A DNA stretch of 64,000 nt from a virus. Lineage: Duplodnaviria; Caudoviricetes. Below the pieces are notes generated by a model. It was not told the DNA's origin and did not search any database. It saw only the letters and a list, made by a program, of their open reading frames with translations. The stretch lies in IMG/VR virus record IMGVR_UViG_3300024272_002379; one strand, given 5' to 3'. Made by a program: the position numbers and the translations under genes. Below, piece by piece: positions 1-10,771 of the stretch; the first letter of the stretch is position 1; the number at the start of each line of letters is the position of its first letter.

Positions 1-1304
1 TGGTCAGGATAAAAATCATTGTCAGCACATTCATCACAATCAAATGGTCTAAACCCATGAAGATTTTCTCTTTCTGATTGAGCAATATCATAAGCAACAC
101 ATTGCATTTGGACACTATACAGGCCAGGGAAACCTGGAACAGTATTGGTGGTTACTGACTCAATCATTACAAATAGAGAACCTGTAAATTCTACAAGTTC
201 TGATTCTAATTTTACAAATCCTACAGAACGTAATTTAATATTATTTCTAGTAAGTAAGTCATTAGCTACTTGGCATTGTTCCAGTGCTTGCACTGTTGAA
301 TAATCCGTTGTCTCAAACGCAATATTGTAAATTGTATCCATGCCACCCATGAATTGTACTGTAGGAGATGAAGAGTCCGACAATTGAATATTAGTTAAAA
401 GATTAGAATAGCCACATTGGAATCCTGTAATTACAACATCTGATTCATTACTATCCAACCAAGTAACGTAATTAGTTGTAAGATTGCCATTTTCGTCATA
501 TCGCACTTTCTTTGTGTCACACACAATTTCCAACATATTTGCTTTTGTAGCTTCTTTTGATGTAAATACACTACTATCTAAAATACTAATTTTAAATCTA
601 TTGTGTTCTTTATTAGGCGGTAAGCTTTGAAGTTTTTTGTAATCATGGTCTTCAGTCAAAAAGCTTTGATAGTAAAATCTAAACAAATCCCAGTCAATCA
701 TGTATTTAAAACATACGTCTGGCATTTCAATATATGGAAACATGTTAACTTCCTGCAATGTAATTTGAGCTGTCATTGCGTTAGGAAAACCTTGTATGGT
801 AGACATTGTAATTGACTGTAATGCAACTGTGAAAATACCATACATACCATTTATCAATTCATTAGATATTGGCAAGAACGGAGTGCATTTAAATTGAGCC
901 AATAACTGTCTTAATCCATCTACATAATAGTCACCTTCTGGACCATCTACTTTATAGCCATTAAGTTGTTCTATACCATTAAACACCAAATCAATTAAAA
1001 TAGTTCTTTTATGATATCCAGCTTTCATTTTCTGAGTATTTTCCTGTCTCAAAGTAACAATACTTTGAGACGTTGACTCAGAATTTACCATGATAAATTC
1101 AGGAGGTATCATGAAATATGTATCACCTATTTGTAAATTGTATGTGTCATATAAGTATCTATGTGAATACGGAACATTATCCATTGCATCCAATGGTTCA
1201 ATACGTCTTTCGTCTTTAATTCTGGAAAGCTTATCAAGCATTTTTAATCCAGTTTCCGTATCTTTGATATTTATAATTTCTGGAGTGTTAAAAGTGATTC
1301 CCAT
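1..1304 (-). CDS. Partial (3'-truncated by window) probable baseplate hub/tail-tip protein; absent from the ORF track
   Basis: SD GGAGG at 1309-1313 and ATG at 1304. The frame reads MGITFNTPEIINIKDTETG...LQIGDTYFMIPPEFIMV...GLRQLLAQFKCTPFLPI...IDWDLFRFYYQ and appears to stay open towards position 1. Function is inferred only from its position after the tape-measure block. Confidence 0.7.
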   Translation of the reverse strand, partial: MGITFNTPEIINIKDTETGLKMLDKLSRIKDERRIEPLDAMDNVPYSHRYLYDTYNLQIGDTYFMIPPEFIMVNSESTSQSIVTLRQENTQKMKAGYHKRTILIDLVFNGIEQLNGYKVDGPEGDYYVDGLRQLLAQFKCTPFLPISNELINGMYGIFTVALQSITMSTIQGFPNAMTAQITLQEVNMFPYIEMPDVCFKYMIDWDLFRFYYQSFLTEDHDYKKLQSLPPNKEHNRFKISILDSSVFTSKEATKANMLEIVCDTKKVRYDENGNLTTNYVTWLDSNESDVVITGFQCGYSNLLTNIQLSDSSSPTVQFMGGMDTIYNIAFETTDYSTVQALEQCQVANDLLTRNNIKLRSVGFVKLESELVEFTGSLFVMIESVTTNTVPGFPGLYSVQMQCVAYDIAQSERENLHGFRPFDCDECADNDFYPD

Positions 1305-1319
1305 AATACCTCCTGCTTT

Positions 1320-4300
1320 CTATGTTAATTCTGCAAATTTATTTGCTAACCAGTTATCGGTTACTCCACTCATATCTGATTGACTGTATACTGATGACTG
1401 TCCGCCACCAGCCATTCCGATAAGTTTAGCATTGTTTCTGTCATCAATGTAGTTTTTTGTTTTTGCTGATACTTTAAATTGTAGTCCACTTTGTTTATCA
1501 TGATATACAACTCTTTGTTTAGAAGCTGGAGCTTGTGCAACAGGAGCTGTCATATCAGGTTCTCCATTGCCACCAGGTCTTCTAGCTGGAGTTAGTGGAG
1601 ATTGGTTTTTCTGATTGTGAAGTATGTTATTTGCAATACCAATTGCTGCTAAAGATGCTACCGTAATTCCTACCGTTTTCATAGGTATTTTACTTACCGC
1701 TTCTTTTGCCGCATCAAAGAAAGAACCACGTAACGTATTCTGCTTCATATTGTTTTGCATTTTTTGATGCATCTTAGAAGCAAGGTTTGCATCGTTAATT
1801 ACTTTATTTGCATCTGCCAATATTTTTCTATGGTGTGCTATAACTTGTTTTGCTTCGGCAGAGCTTGCAGTATATATTCTACCGCTATTAGATGAGTTCT
1901 TTCTAAAATCATATGCTCTTAATGCTCTTTGTGTTCCCAATACAGCATCTGCATATAAGCCTGTCGCTTTTCCTTCGGCAATAATATCGCTAATGCTCTG
2001 CTGAATACGCTGAACATCTTTTGGACTTAGTGATTGGAATTGAATACCCATGTACTCACCAAAACCAACAACAGACGTACTGCTTACTCTATCCCATTCA
2101 AAAACACTAGCCATTTGTTTCGAATCTCTAAACAAACCGTATATTTTCGCTTGTGTTTCTGCTATCAATTTGGAATTGGATGCTTGTAATGCTTGTCGAA
2201 TCTCTCCAAGAGAAGAGCCTCTTGTATTTAATGTATCTCTTAAAGGTCTTACTAAATCTCCTTGAGATAATTCTTCTGCTGCTTGAACATATTTTTCTAT
2301 TTCAGCAAATGACTCTAATAACTTTGATTCTTCACCTATTATATCATATAGACCTTTATTTAAAAAGTCCAAAGATTCGTCATATAATTTTTTACTAAAG
2401 TCTCCAACATTAGTTCTTTTCTGTACAGCTCTAGCCCATTCTTCAGCTCCTCCGCTTGCAGATATAAGTCTTTCTTGAAGTAGCATATCAATAGAACTAT
2501 TAGCATATTTATCTCGATTCTTAGCTATATCAGCATTTAATTGTCTAATTAAAGCATCTACACTTACTCTGCCAGATGCATTAGTAGTATACTGATAAGT
2601 CTGAGCCATTTCATTAATGCTGTCTAATATTTGCTGTCCATTACCTTTAAAAAGACCATTAATGTATTCATAACTAGTTACATTAAATGCCATTTTATCT
2701 ATTTGTGCAAATCTAGGGTCAAAACTTTTAGCTATAGAACCGTCTGCTCCTAGTAATAACGAATTCAATGTTCTGGCTATTTTACGTTCAGCTATATTAC
2801 TATCAGCGATTGCTCGTATTTGACTATTATTTTTATATTCATAAATATTAACGCCAGCACCAGATTCTTTATTAAGTCCAAAAAAGTCTAAAGCTTTGCT
2901 GTTAATTGAGGCTATATTTTTTCCTTCGATTGAAAAAGTTTCACCTGTTTCTTCCAATGTGCTTAAGCTCACTTCTTTGAACATAGCTCTTTTAGACTTT
3001 CCAGAACCCTCAAAACCTGCATACATATATCCTCGGTCATGAGCATCGCCTAAGTCACCTGGTCGAATATATAAAGAATTTTTATCAAATAATATATGTG
3101 TATCACTTGATGCGTCCATAAAAGCTTCTCTAAATGCATTTTGGATTGTGCCATAGATACTACCTTTGTACTCTCCACGATGAGACAGGTCAAGTATCAT
3201 TCTCATGTAATCATCTAATGAGCCTGTATTAATACCTCTGTTAAAAATAACATTGGCACCTTCTAAGTTAGATATATCATACAAACCTCTGAACCATTTT
3301 TTATATATTATTGTCTCGGCGGTTTTTTTATCTACCTTTGAAATCTGTTTATCAAAATCGCTTCTAGTGGTAGACATGATTTCTTGTATAATACTCTTTA
3401 TCTCATCATCGCTGGCTTTAAATAAAACATGATTACTTGCTCGTATCATATTTTCAAGTCCCGCAGCTTTCATTGCTGCTGATGTATCTCTTAAGCTAAA
3501 CATTTGATTTAAGCCAAATGACCACTTAGAAGTTTCAGCAATGTTAAATGCATCAATTAAATGCTTTACGTCGATACCTTTCTGCTCTGTGATGCCAGTT
3601 AAACCTCTGGTTTCAGTTCGCATATTGGACATATCGTTTAATATTGATGTATACTCTTCACGTAATTCATCACTAAACTTAGGGTCATTTACAAATGACA
3701 GTATGGTTTCACGCAAATTAAAGTTTGGTGTGGAAATTGCACCGATATTACTTTTACGTAATGCAGGGGTTAAGGAAGCTTTTATTGAGTCAGCATCTGT
3801 AAGAGTATTGAATCCAGCTCTTTCCCATGCTCCTGTCATAAATTCCGAATGATTAGCTGCATCTAAAAAAGCATCATCTATATCTCTAACGTCTGTATAT
3901 GCATAACCTCTGTCGTCCATGTACGCTTTCACAGCATCCCAATATGCATCTTCTTTGAACGATTTAAGCATTCCAGCAAGAGCATTACCTGTGTCATTCA
4001 ACATATCTTTCTGGAAAGCTTTACCTTCTTCTATCATATTAGCGATAATTTCAGTACCGTAAGTAATACTCTTTTTGTAAGATTGTAACAAGTTATCGTA
4101 TCTATCTTGTCCTATCTTGCCCATGCTGTTACCATCGAGTACTAAATGTAAAAACGTGGTATCACCGTCAAAGTCAACATTTGTGTATACAGACATTGCA
4201 GGGTTTAAGAAACGAATTTGTCTATCCTGAATAGTCCTATCTAATAATACGTTTACGGCAGGCTGCCCTCCAAATACAGGATAACGTAAGTGTTCACCTA

Positions 4301-7300
4301 GTAAACCAACTGTTTCTACGTATTTTTTACCTATCTCTTCAAAGGTTCCAAAGATGCTAGTTAAGGACCCATTTGCAATGCCTCTATTTACATCTCTAAT
4401 GTCAAGCATTGAACTACCAGTTCCAGTATCACCATACAATTCTGTTATTTGTCTGTTTAAAGTTTTTGTGATACCAGCTCCGCCATTTTCAAGCAAATCA
4501 CTATCTGCAATATGGATTCCGTCTATGTCTAACGCATTGATTCTATCAACTACATCTTTTACTTCACTAGGCATAATGGAGAATCTATCCATACCTGGGA
4601 TTGAATATTTGCCTTTTGTACTTCCTTCAAAATCAGCAACAATATCCATACCTGCTTTTCCAAAGTCAAAACCAAGGTCTTTAAAACCTTGTTCTCCTAT
4701 TGCAACCGCATTATTGTAATATTGTTTTCCATCTATAGTTACAATAGAAGCATCACGTAATGTTCTATTTTGAATAGAAGATAGTGGGCTAAGAGTATCT
4801 GCATTTCTTACTTCGCTATCTGCAATTCGAGATAGTTTGGTTCTAATTTCAGCATCTAATTTTGAAAGCTTATTAATATTTTCAAGAGAATCTTCGCCAT
4901 TATGAATAGCTTGTCTTACACTATCTCTTTCTGCAATTAATTTTTGTACGTCATCGCTAAGCATAGAGTCTATAATCGCAGGAGTTTCATCTTGAGCAAG
5001 AAACTGACCAGAATTTGGTAATGCGTATCTACCAAACGCTTTATACATGTCAGAATCTTTTTTCATAATAGCAATTTCGCTATATAGTTGCTGAGCAAAA
5101 TTCTTGTAGTACTCAGACATTTTACCACGCATAGAAGGATTCTTCGCTGCTTCAATCATTTCATTAAAGAAACGAGTAATATTCCTATGCTGGTCCATCA
5201 AGAATTGGCTATCATCTAAGTGAGTTGTAACATTCTGTCTAGGAATTAAAGCACCTCTATATGTTTTTGTATCTTTACCTTTTCCTATTGTTATTTCTTC
5301 TCCAAAATCAAAGAAGATACTGTAACTTTTAGCATCAGTTAATTCAACATTTTGACGTTTAGCTAATGCTTCCAGCCAAGCCGCAGGTTTGCCATCAATA
5401 TCAAAAATGAAATCTTGAAGGTCTTTTACTCTTGCATTCTTTGGAACGTTTTTACCATTCATCAAATCTTGCATTGTAACAGTAACAATATTATATTCCT
5501 TAGGGTTGAAGCTTGCTGGATTTGCATAATAAGCAGAAGCTTCTACAATGCCACGAATGCTGTCTTGATTTGCCAATACACCTCTATTATATCGTCTTAT
5601 TTCACTTATATTGTTTTTCGATATGGCATCTGCTAATTCTTGTATTGCTCCTAAGTCATCACTTAAGAAACCAATACCCTTCCCAACGTCTTTTGACATT
5701 GCATATTCTTTGGTTGCGTCAACATATAAATCATCCCAAGAGCGACCACTTCCACCAACTATACGACCATTAACTCCGTCAATAATACCATCTGTTCCAC
5801 CTGATAAATATTCTTTATTTCTAATACGAATACTTTGCTCAAGTCGCTGGTCCATTCTAAACATGTTACTTAAGTGCTCATTCATATGAACTCTTTGTAA
5901 TGGACCATATATGATGTTATTCTCTCTATTGTATTGAAGTAATTTAGCAATTCTTGAATTAATAACATTACCATCTGTATGTGTTGTAATGTATTTTTCC
6001 AATGCTGTAATTGCTTCAACCATGTGAGCTGCGTTAGTGTTGTCAACAATAAATGTTTGACCGTTATCAGCAATATCTAAAGTCCAATCTTGGAAGTATT
6101 TATATAAACCATTTGACTTATCTTGAATGATGTTCCTTAAATTATCCAACTTACCGAATTTAGCATATTCGGCTTCGATTGTGTACCAAGTAGACCATGA
6201 GGCATAATTGTTATTATGCTTTGATGCAGCAATATTTCCAGCAACACTTGCATTATCGAATATATACTGGAACATTCCATGAGCATATTCCATGGCTTCT
6301 TTTTGTGTACTTATACCAGTATAGCTCATAAACGGTTTCATGCTAATTGTATGAGCAGTAGCTTTTTCTGAGCCAATCATTGTTTTAACGTCACTTATAG
6401 AAGCGTGTTCTGGTATTACATATGTACTTCCCTGTTCAAGTAATTCTTCTATATTCTCAAGGCTAAATTTTGCTTTAGGTCCTCTATAATAAATAGACTG
6501 TCCGCTTTCTGTTACAGCTATAACAGTATTACTGTCTAAATCTTTATATGCTAAATTTCCAAGTATTTTTCTTGTCTTTTGCTCGTCAATGTTGTTAATG
6601 TTAAAACTTACTTTTTTAGCATCAGGAGACTGGAAGAAATCTTGATTGCCTAATAGGGGGTCGAGAAACCATTTACCTTCGTAAACACTACTTAAATCCT
6701 CACGCATATACTGAAGAGTTGCTCTTGCTTTATCAACATCAAGACCCAATGCTTGAGCGATACTCTCTATATTCTTTTCAGCATCACGATATTTTAACTG
6801 TAAATCAATATCACTTATTTGTTTAAAGCGAGTTGTGATAGCTCTTTGCTGTGTATCAAAAGGTAATCCATCTGGAGTAAGTGTTGTTTTCCCAAGCTGC
6901 TGTCTTATACTATATTCTGTTGGAGTTAATGATGTAGGTCTTGCCATTATATACCCGCTTTTCAGTGGGTCATCTACTATTTCACCTTCTAAAGCTTTAA
7001 CATCTATTTCCCCAAGACCAAAATACATAGGTCTATTTTGCTGTGTATAAGTAGGTCTCATAGTACTAAATAATCCAGCAAGATTATTAAAAGCACCAGG
7101 TTTAATAAACGAAATCAACCCATGATTTATAGCAGATTCAGGTAGTAACTGATTAATATAAGGAATTGCTCCTTCAAAAGAAGATAATGCTTCAGCAACA
7201 GATTTTGTATAACGTTTATTATCAGAATCCATAGCTACTGCGTCTTGCATTAGTCGGAAAATACTTTTATCAAAAGACTCTGGTGTATACCCAATATCAT

Positions 7301-10300
7301 CAGGTATATAGGAACTTATTTGCATAGCAGAATCTCTCATTACACTACCATGGAATAGGTTCTTAACAAAAAATTCATTAAAAGCGTTTGATTCTGTAAT
7401 AGCTCTAAACTGTGTGACATTTTTAGCTTCTCTTAAGTCCGCACTTACTATATGCTGCTGCTCATTGAAAATATAGAGCATTTGTTGTATTGGATTGAAA
7501 CCTGATTCCGAATATGTTTCTGCTATTTCACCAATTAATGTCTTTAAACCAGTTACATTCATTTCATATGCATGTAAAAAGTCAGCAGGGTGGTAATTTG
7601 CAATACGTTCAACTCCATTGGCTGTCACATATCCTCTATAACTTGATGGAGATGATAGTTCCTTAAGTTTTGCATTTTGAGTTCTACGAATAGCTGATTG
7701 TGCTTTCTCGAATTCATCATTTAATACGAATTCAATTGCTTTTCCTCCAGCTATTCTATGAGCAACAAGTAAGTCTTCAGCACCCGATTTTATCATGGCA
7801 CTTACTTTTCCATTTTTTGAGTATACGTCAAAAATAGGATTTAAAAACTTTTCTATTCTTCCTTGATTGATAGACGTTAATGTAGCTGTATTTCCTGTAA
7901 TGCCATGTATAGCTTCTGGCATTGAATCACCTAAACTAGTTTTATTTATTCCATACAGTTCTTCTACGGCTCCATGTCCTTCTAATGCACTACTTAATGT
8001 ATGATAATCTACATCATCATTTAAGCCAGAAAGAATTTGTACCACACTATTGCTGTGTTTTTTATTGGTAAGTACTACAAAAGCGTTGGAACTATTTTCT
8101 GGCAGCAAAACGAATGACTGCAATCCTTTTTTAACGTTTTCAGGTGAGTTAATTGCGTAAGGAGCGTAATAAGATTTTCCGTTTTTCTTGTAATGAGATG
8201 AAAACATTTCCTCAACAATTGTTTTCTCATCAGTGCTAAGATTTAATTTACGAGCAATTTTGTTGGAAACGCCATCATGCATGGTTCCTGTATAAAATGA
8301 CATAGAAGTTACATCAGATAAAGATTGTGTAATTCTATCTTCAATAGCTTCTCTGACTGCCTTTTGTCCGAACAAAGAAGACGCCTGATAAAATTTTTCA
8401 CCAGACTGATAACGATAGCGTGACTGAGCACCTGTAAGTAAATTATCAACAATAGATTGCAAGTTCTTATTTGCAATTCTTATATCTGAACCATCAGCTA
8501 GAATTTGTCTATATTCATCTATTGCATTTGATGATGTATTAAATCTATCTGTAATACCAACTAACTGACTTGCTACATCTACAAGAAAACCATTGATGCC
8601 AGCATTTGGCTGGAATGATAAATCTATGCTATGTTTTAAAGATGTTACTTGTTCAGCAGTAATCAAACTTCTTGCTGCTAAGTTTTCTACGACAGAACCT
8701 GCTTCTTGAGCAGTCATGCCATTGAATATATTTCTAAGACCAGGTATGGCACTATCTACTGATTGTGCATTGATTCTTTTAAGCTCATTACCAACTTGAA
8801 CGTCAATACCAAATACGTCACTTAATCCATAATGGGCTTCTTTTGGGGTAAAAGCTATATACTGACTCGTTAAATAATCCATAGTACTATCGTAAGCTTT
8901 TTGTAATGCAATTGTCTTTGTAACATTATTTGCATTACCCATTGTACTATCAATTTGATTAACGATATAGCTAAGAATGTCTTTTTCCTGGCTTAATCTT
9001 TCAAACATACCAGCAAATGCTTGTTCTTGATAAGTACTTCTAAGTGGGCTGTTAGACACACCATGAAGACGAGAAACTAATGCTGGTCTCGCTTTTTTAT
9101 TTGCAAAATCTTCTAATCCATCTAATTCCTCTACAAAACTTAGATATCTTTTTAATCCTTCGAAACCATATTCATCGGTTCCTTTATTTGCACGAACTGA
9201 TAATGGGTCAAAAAATTTTGCGTATTCTCTTCTGCCTTTATCGAGATAGCCCATTACATGCTGTTCGTTAATTTGCTTTTGTGTAACTGCACTATCAGAA
9301 ATCCATGTGGTATTTTTTCTTAAAAACTCGATTGCTTTATCTGGAGTTTCAAACTCTTTATGAATTTCTATAGATTTATCGGCAGGGTTAATAAAGCTCA
9401 AAATAAACTTTTCTTGAGCTTCTCCAGTACTTCCATCTATTACACTTGCAAACCCTGTCTTTTCTGTATTCACTCTCCAATATTCATTACCCATAGAATA
9501 TGACTGAGGAATAGGGTCTCCTGCTATTACAGCCATATCAGATGTAGACTGGTCAATGTATCCTCTATTCATTAAGAATAATGAACCATTTAAATCTACA
9601 TTGTACGCTCCAATTGCATCTCCATTGCCAGTCATTTCTAGTAATGAATCAATAAAGGATTTATTACCATTGTAATGACGGGTGAATATAATATCTCCTT
9701 CGTTTACTGTATCTTCACTACCTATATGTAACTGACTTCTGTTCATGCGTAATGATTCCATGATACTTTCAACAGAAGCAGGTCTATCTGTATCAGATGG
9801 AATAATTCCATGCATTGCATCTGTAAAGCTCAATACAGATTGGCCTTTAGCGGTAGCCATTGTACGAACAGCATTTACAGCGTCAATTGTATTTTCATAT
9901 ATATGTCTAAAGTTAACACCTTGGTTAACCTCTAATCTTCTTGATGTCTGTTCTAATGCAGTAATATCAAATATATTATTTGCTCCTGCTAAAGCAGATG
10001 TATTAGAACCAACAGCATTGTTTATATATGCTGTTAATTGGGGAATGATAGCTTCAGGTCTCGCTCCGCTATTATAAAGTGTCTGTAATCTATCAGCACC
10101 AATTTTCATAATAGCTGGATTCATTGATGATTCGCCAAGTCTATTGACTGTCCAATAATGACCATCTCCAAGAACGGTATCATTTCTACTGAAAAATACG
10201 TCATGGAATGTTGGCAGGCTACCAATTTTACTAACTCTATCAAGAGTTACTTGTTCTGCATTAGTTAAAGCATCCCATCCAGATTTTTCATACTTGCTTA

Positions 10301-10766
10301 TTAAAGATTTAATTGCTAAAGTTTGTTGTTGATTTGTACCAAAAGCAAAAGACACCGCATTGGATAAGTCTGTATTTAATGCTCCATTTTCATAGACACG
10401 TCTACCAATACCAAATTCGGTAATGGTAGCGTATCCATCGTATTTACTTACTTGATGTGCAATATCACCAATAGTTTCAAGGTCCCATACGATTACTTCT
10501 CCAGAGCCTTCAGCTATTGTTTTTGCTTTTTGCCATTGAGGTAATGCACCAAGAGTCTGGAATACAGACTCTTGATTTTGGGAGTTAACGATTCGTAACG
10601 CACCCTCTAATGGATATGAACTTATCGCATTAATTGCAGACTGGTTTGGCTTTAAAACTGTATCTATATATTGTTCTTTGCTGCGTTTATTATATGGTCT
10701 AATATTTGTAATATTATCCCATATCTCTTGTGGGGATACATTATATCCTATAACTTCCATAAACAT
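1320..10766 (-). CDS. Giant virion protein: N-terminal DEDDh 3'-5' exonuclease + single-chain two-barrel (DPBB) RNA polymerase + C-terminal TM segment (putative virion RNA polymerase)
   Basis: beta'-like HLRYP...IRFLNP...NVDFDGD...FLH (R2161, DFDGD 2198-2202, nt 4161-4175). beta-like DVKTMIGSEKAT (K1461/K1468). DEDDh motifs WDLET (D95/E97), ANNIFD (D267) and HIGSED (H347/D352). Hydrophobic VGITVASLAAIGIANNIL near the C-terminus. The SD favours a start at the second ATG (10760). Confidence 0.85.
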   Translation of the reverse strand: MFMEVIGYNVSPQEIWDNITNIRPYNKRSKEQYIDTVLKPNQSAINAISSYPLEGALRIVNSQNQESVFQTLGALPQWQKAKTIAEGSGEVIVWDLETIGDIAHQVSKYDGYATITEFGIGRRVYENGALNTDLSNAVSFAFGTNQQQTLAIKSLISKYEKSGWDALTNAEQVTLDRVSKIGSLPTFHDVFFSRNDTVLGDGHYWTVNRLGESSMNPAIMKIGADRLQTLYNSGARPEAIIPQLTAYINNAVGSNTSALAGANNIFDITALEQTSRRLEVNQGVNFRHIYENTIDAVNAVRTMATAKGQSVLSFTDAMHGIIPSDTDRPASVESIMESLRMNRSQLHIGSEDTVNEGDIIFTRHYNGNKSFIDSLLEMTGNGDAIGAYNVDLNGSLFLMNRGYIDQSTSDMAVIAGDPIPQSYSMGNEYWRVNTEKTGFASVIDGSTGEAQEKFILSFINPADKSIEIHKEFETPDKAIEFLRKNTTWISDSAVTQKQINEQHVMGYLDKGRREYAKFFDPLSVRANKGTDEYGFEGLKRYLSFVEELDGLEDFANKKARPALVSRLHGVSNSPLRSTYQEQAFAGMFERLSQEKDILSYIVNQIDSTMGNANNVTKTIALQKAYDSTMDYLTSQYIAFTPKEAHYGLSDVFGIDVQVGNELKRINAQSVDSAIPGLRNIFNGMTAQEAGSVVENLAARSLITAEQVTSLKHSIDLSFQPNAGINGFLVDVASQLVGITDRFNTSSNAIDEYRQILADGSDIRIANKNLQSIVDNLLTGAQSRYRYQSGEKFYQASSLFGQKAVREAIEDRITQSLSDVTSMSFYTGTMHDGVSNKIARKLNLSTDEKTIVEEMFSSHYKKNGKSYYAPYAINSPENVKKGLQSFVLLPENSSNAFVVLTNKKHSNSVVQILSGLNDDVDYHTLSSALEGHGAVEELYGINKTSLGDSMPEAIHGITGNTATLTSINQGRIEKFLNPIFDVYSKNGKVSAMIKSGAEDLLVAHRIAGGKAIEFVLNDEFEKAQSAIRRTQNAKLKELSSPSSYRGYVTANGVERIANYHPADFLHAYEMNVTGLKTLIGEIAETYSESGFNPIQQMLYIFNEQQHIVSADLREAKNVTQFRAITESNAFNEFFVKNLFHGSVMRDSAMQISSYIPDDIGYTPESFDKSIFRLMQDAVAMDSDNKRYTKSVAEALSSFEGAIPYINQLLPESAINHGLISFIKPGAFNNLAGLFSTMRPTYTQQNRPMYFGLGEIDVKALEGEIVDDPLKSGYIMARPTSLTPTEYSIRQQLGKTTLTPDGLPFDTQQRAITTRFKQISDIDLQLKYRDAEKNIESIAQALGLDVDKARATLQYMREDLSSVYEGKWFLDPLLGNQDFFQSPDAKKVSFNINNIDEQKTRKILGNLAYKDLDSNTVIAVTESGQSIYYRGPKAKFSLENIEELLEQGSTYVIPEHASISDVKTMIGSEKATAHTISMKPFMSYTGISTQKEAMEYAHGMFQYIFDNASVAGNIAASKHNNNYASWSTWYTIEAEYAKFGKLDNLRNIIQDKSNGLYKYFQDWTLDIADNGQTFIVDNTNAAHMVEAITALEKYITTHTDGNVINSRIAKLLQYNRENNIIYGPLQRVHMNEHLSNMFRMDQRLEQSIRIRNKEYLSGGTDGIIDGVNGRIVGGSGRSWDDLYVDATKEYAMSKDVGKGIGFLSDDLGAIQELADAISKNNISEIRRYNRGVLANQDSIRGIVEASAYYANPASFNPKEYNIVTVTMQDLMNGKNVPKNARVKDLQDFIFDIDGKPAAWLEALAKRQNVELTDAKSYSIFFDFGEEITIGKGKDTKTYRGALIPRQNVTTHLDDSQFLMDQHRNITRFFNEMIEAAKNPSMRGKMSEYYKNFAQQLYSEIAIMKKDSDMYKAFGRYALPNSGQFLAQDETPAIIDSMLSDDVQKLIAERDSVRQAIHNGEDSLENINKLSKLDAEIRTKLSRIADSEVRNADTLSPLSSIQNRTLRDASIVTIDGKQYYNNAVAIGEQGFKDLGFDFGKAGMDIVADFEGSTKGKYSIPGMDRFSIMPSEVKDVVDRINALDIDGIHIADSDLLENGGAGITKTLNRQITELYGDTGTGSSMLDIRDVNRGIANGSLTSIFGTFEEIGKKYVETVGLLGEHLRYPVFGGQPAVNVLLDRTIQDRQIRFLNPAMSVYTNVDFDGDTTFLHLVLDGNSMGKIGQDRYDNLLQSYKKSITYGTEIIANMIEEGKAFQKDMLNDTGNALAGMLKSFKEDAYWDAVKAYMDDRGYAYTDVRDIDDAFLDAANHSEFMTGAWERAGFNTLTDADSIKASLTPALRKSNIGAISTPNFNLRETILSFVNDPKFSDELREEYTSILNDMSNMRTETRGLTGITEQKGIDVKHLIDAFNIAETSKWSFGLNQMFSLRDTSAAMKAAGLENMIRASNHVLFKASDDEIKSIIQEIMSTTRSDFDKQISKVDKKTAETIIYKKWFRGLYDISNLEGANVIFNRGINTGSLDDYMRMILDLSHRGEYKGSIYGTIQNAFREAFMDASSDTHILFDKNSLYIRPGDLGDAHDRGYMYAGFEGSGKSKRAMFKEVSLSTLEETGETFSIEGKNIASINSKALDFFGLNKESGAGVNIYEYKNNSQIRAIADSNIAERKIARTLNSLLLGADGSIAKSFDPRFAQIDKMAFNVTSYEYINGLFKGNGQQILDSINEMAQTYQYTTNASGRVSVDALIRQLNADIAKNRDKYANSSIDMLLQERLISASGGAEEWARAVQKRTNVGDFSKKLYDESLDFLNKGLYDIIGEESKLLESFAEIEKYVQAAEELSQGDLVRPLRDTLNTRGSSLGEIRQALQASNSKLIAETQAKIYGLFRDSKQMASVFEWDRVSSTSVVGFGEYMGIQFQSLSPKDVQRIQQSISDIIAEGKATGLYADAVLGTQRALRAYDFRKNSSNSGRIYTASSAEAKQVIAHHRKILADANKVINDANLASKMHQKMQNNMKQNTLRGSFFDAAKEAVSKIPMKTVGITVASLAAIGIANNILHNQKNQSPLTPARRPGGNGEPDMTAPVAQAPASKQRVVYHDKQSGLQFKVSAKTKNYIDDRNNAKLIGMAGGGQSSVYSQSDMSGVTDNWLANKFAELT

Positions 10767-10771
10767 TCCTC

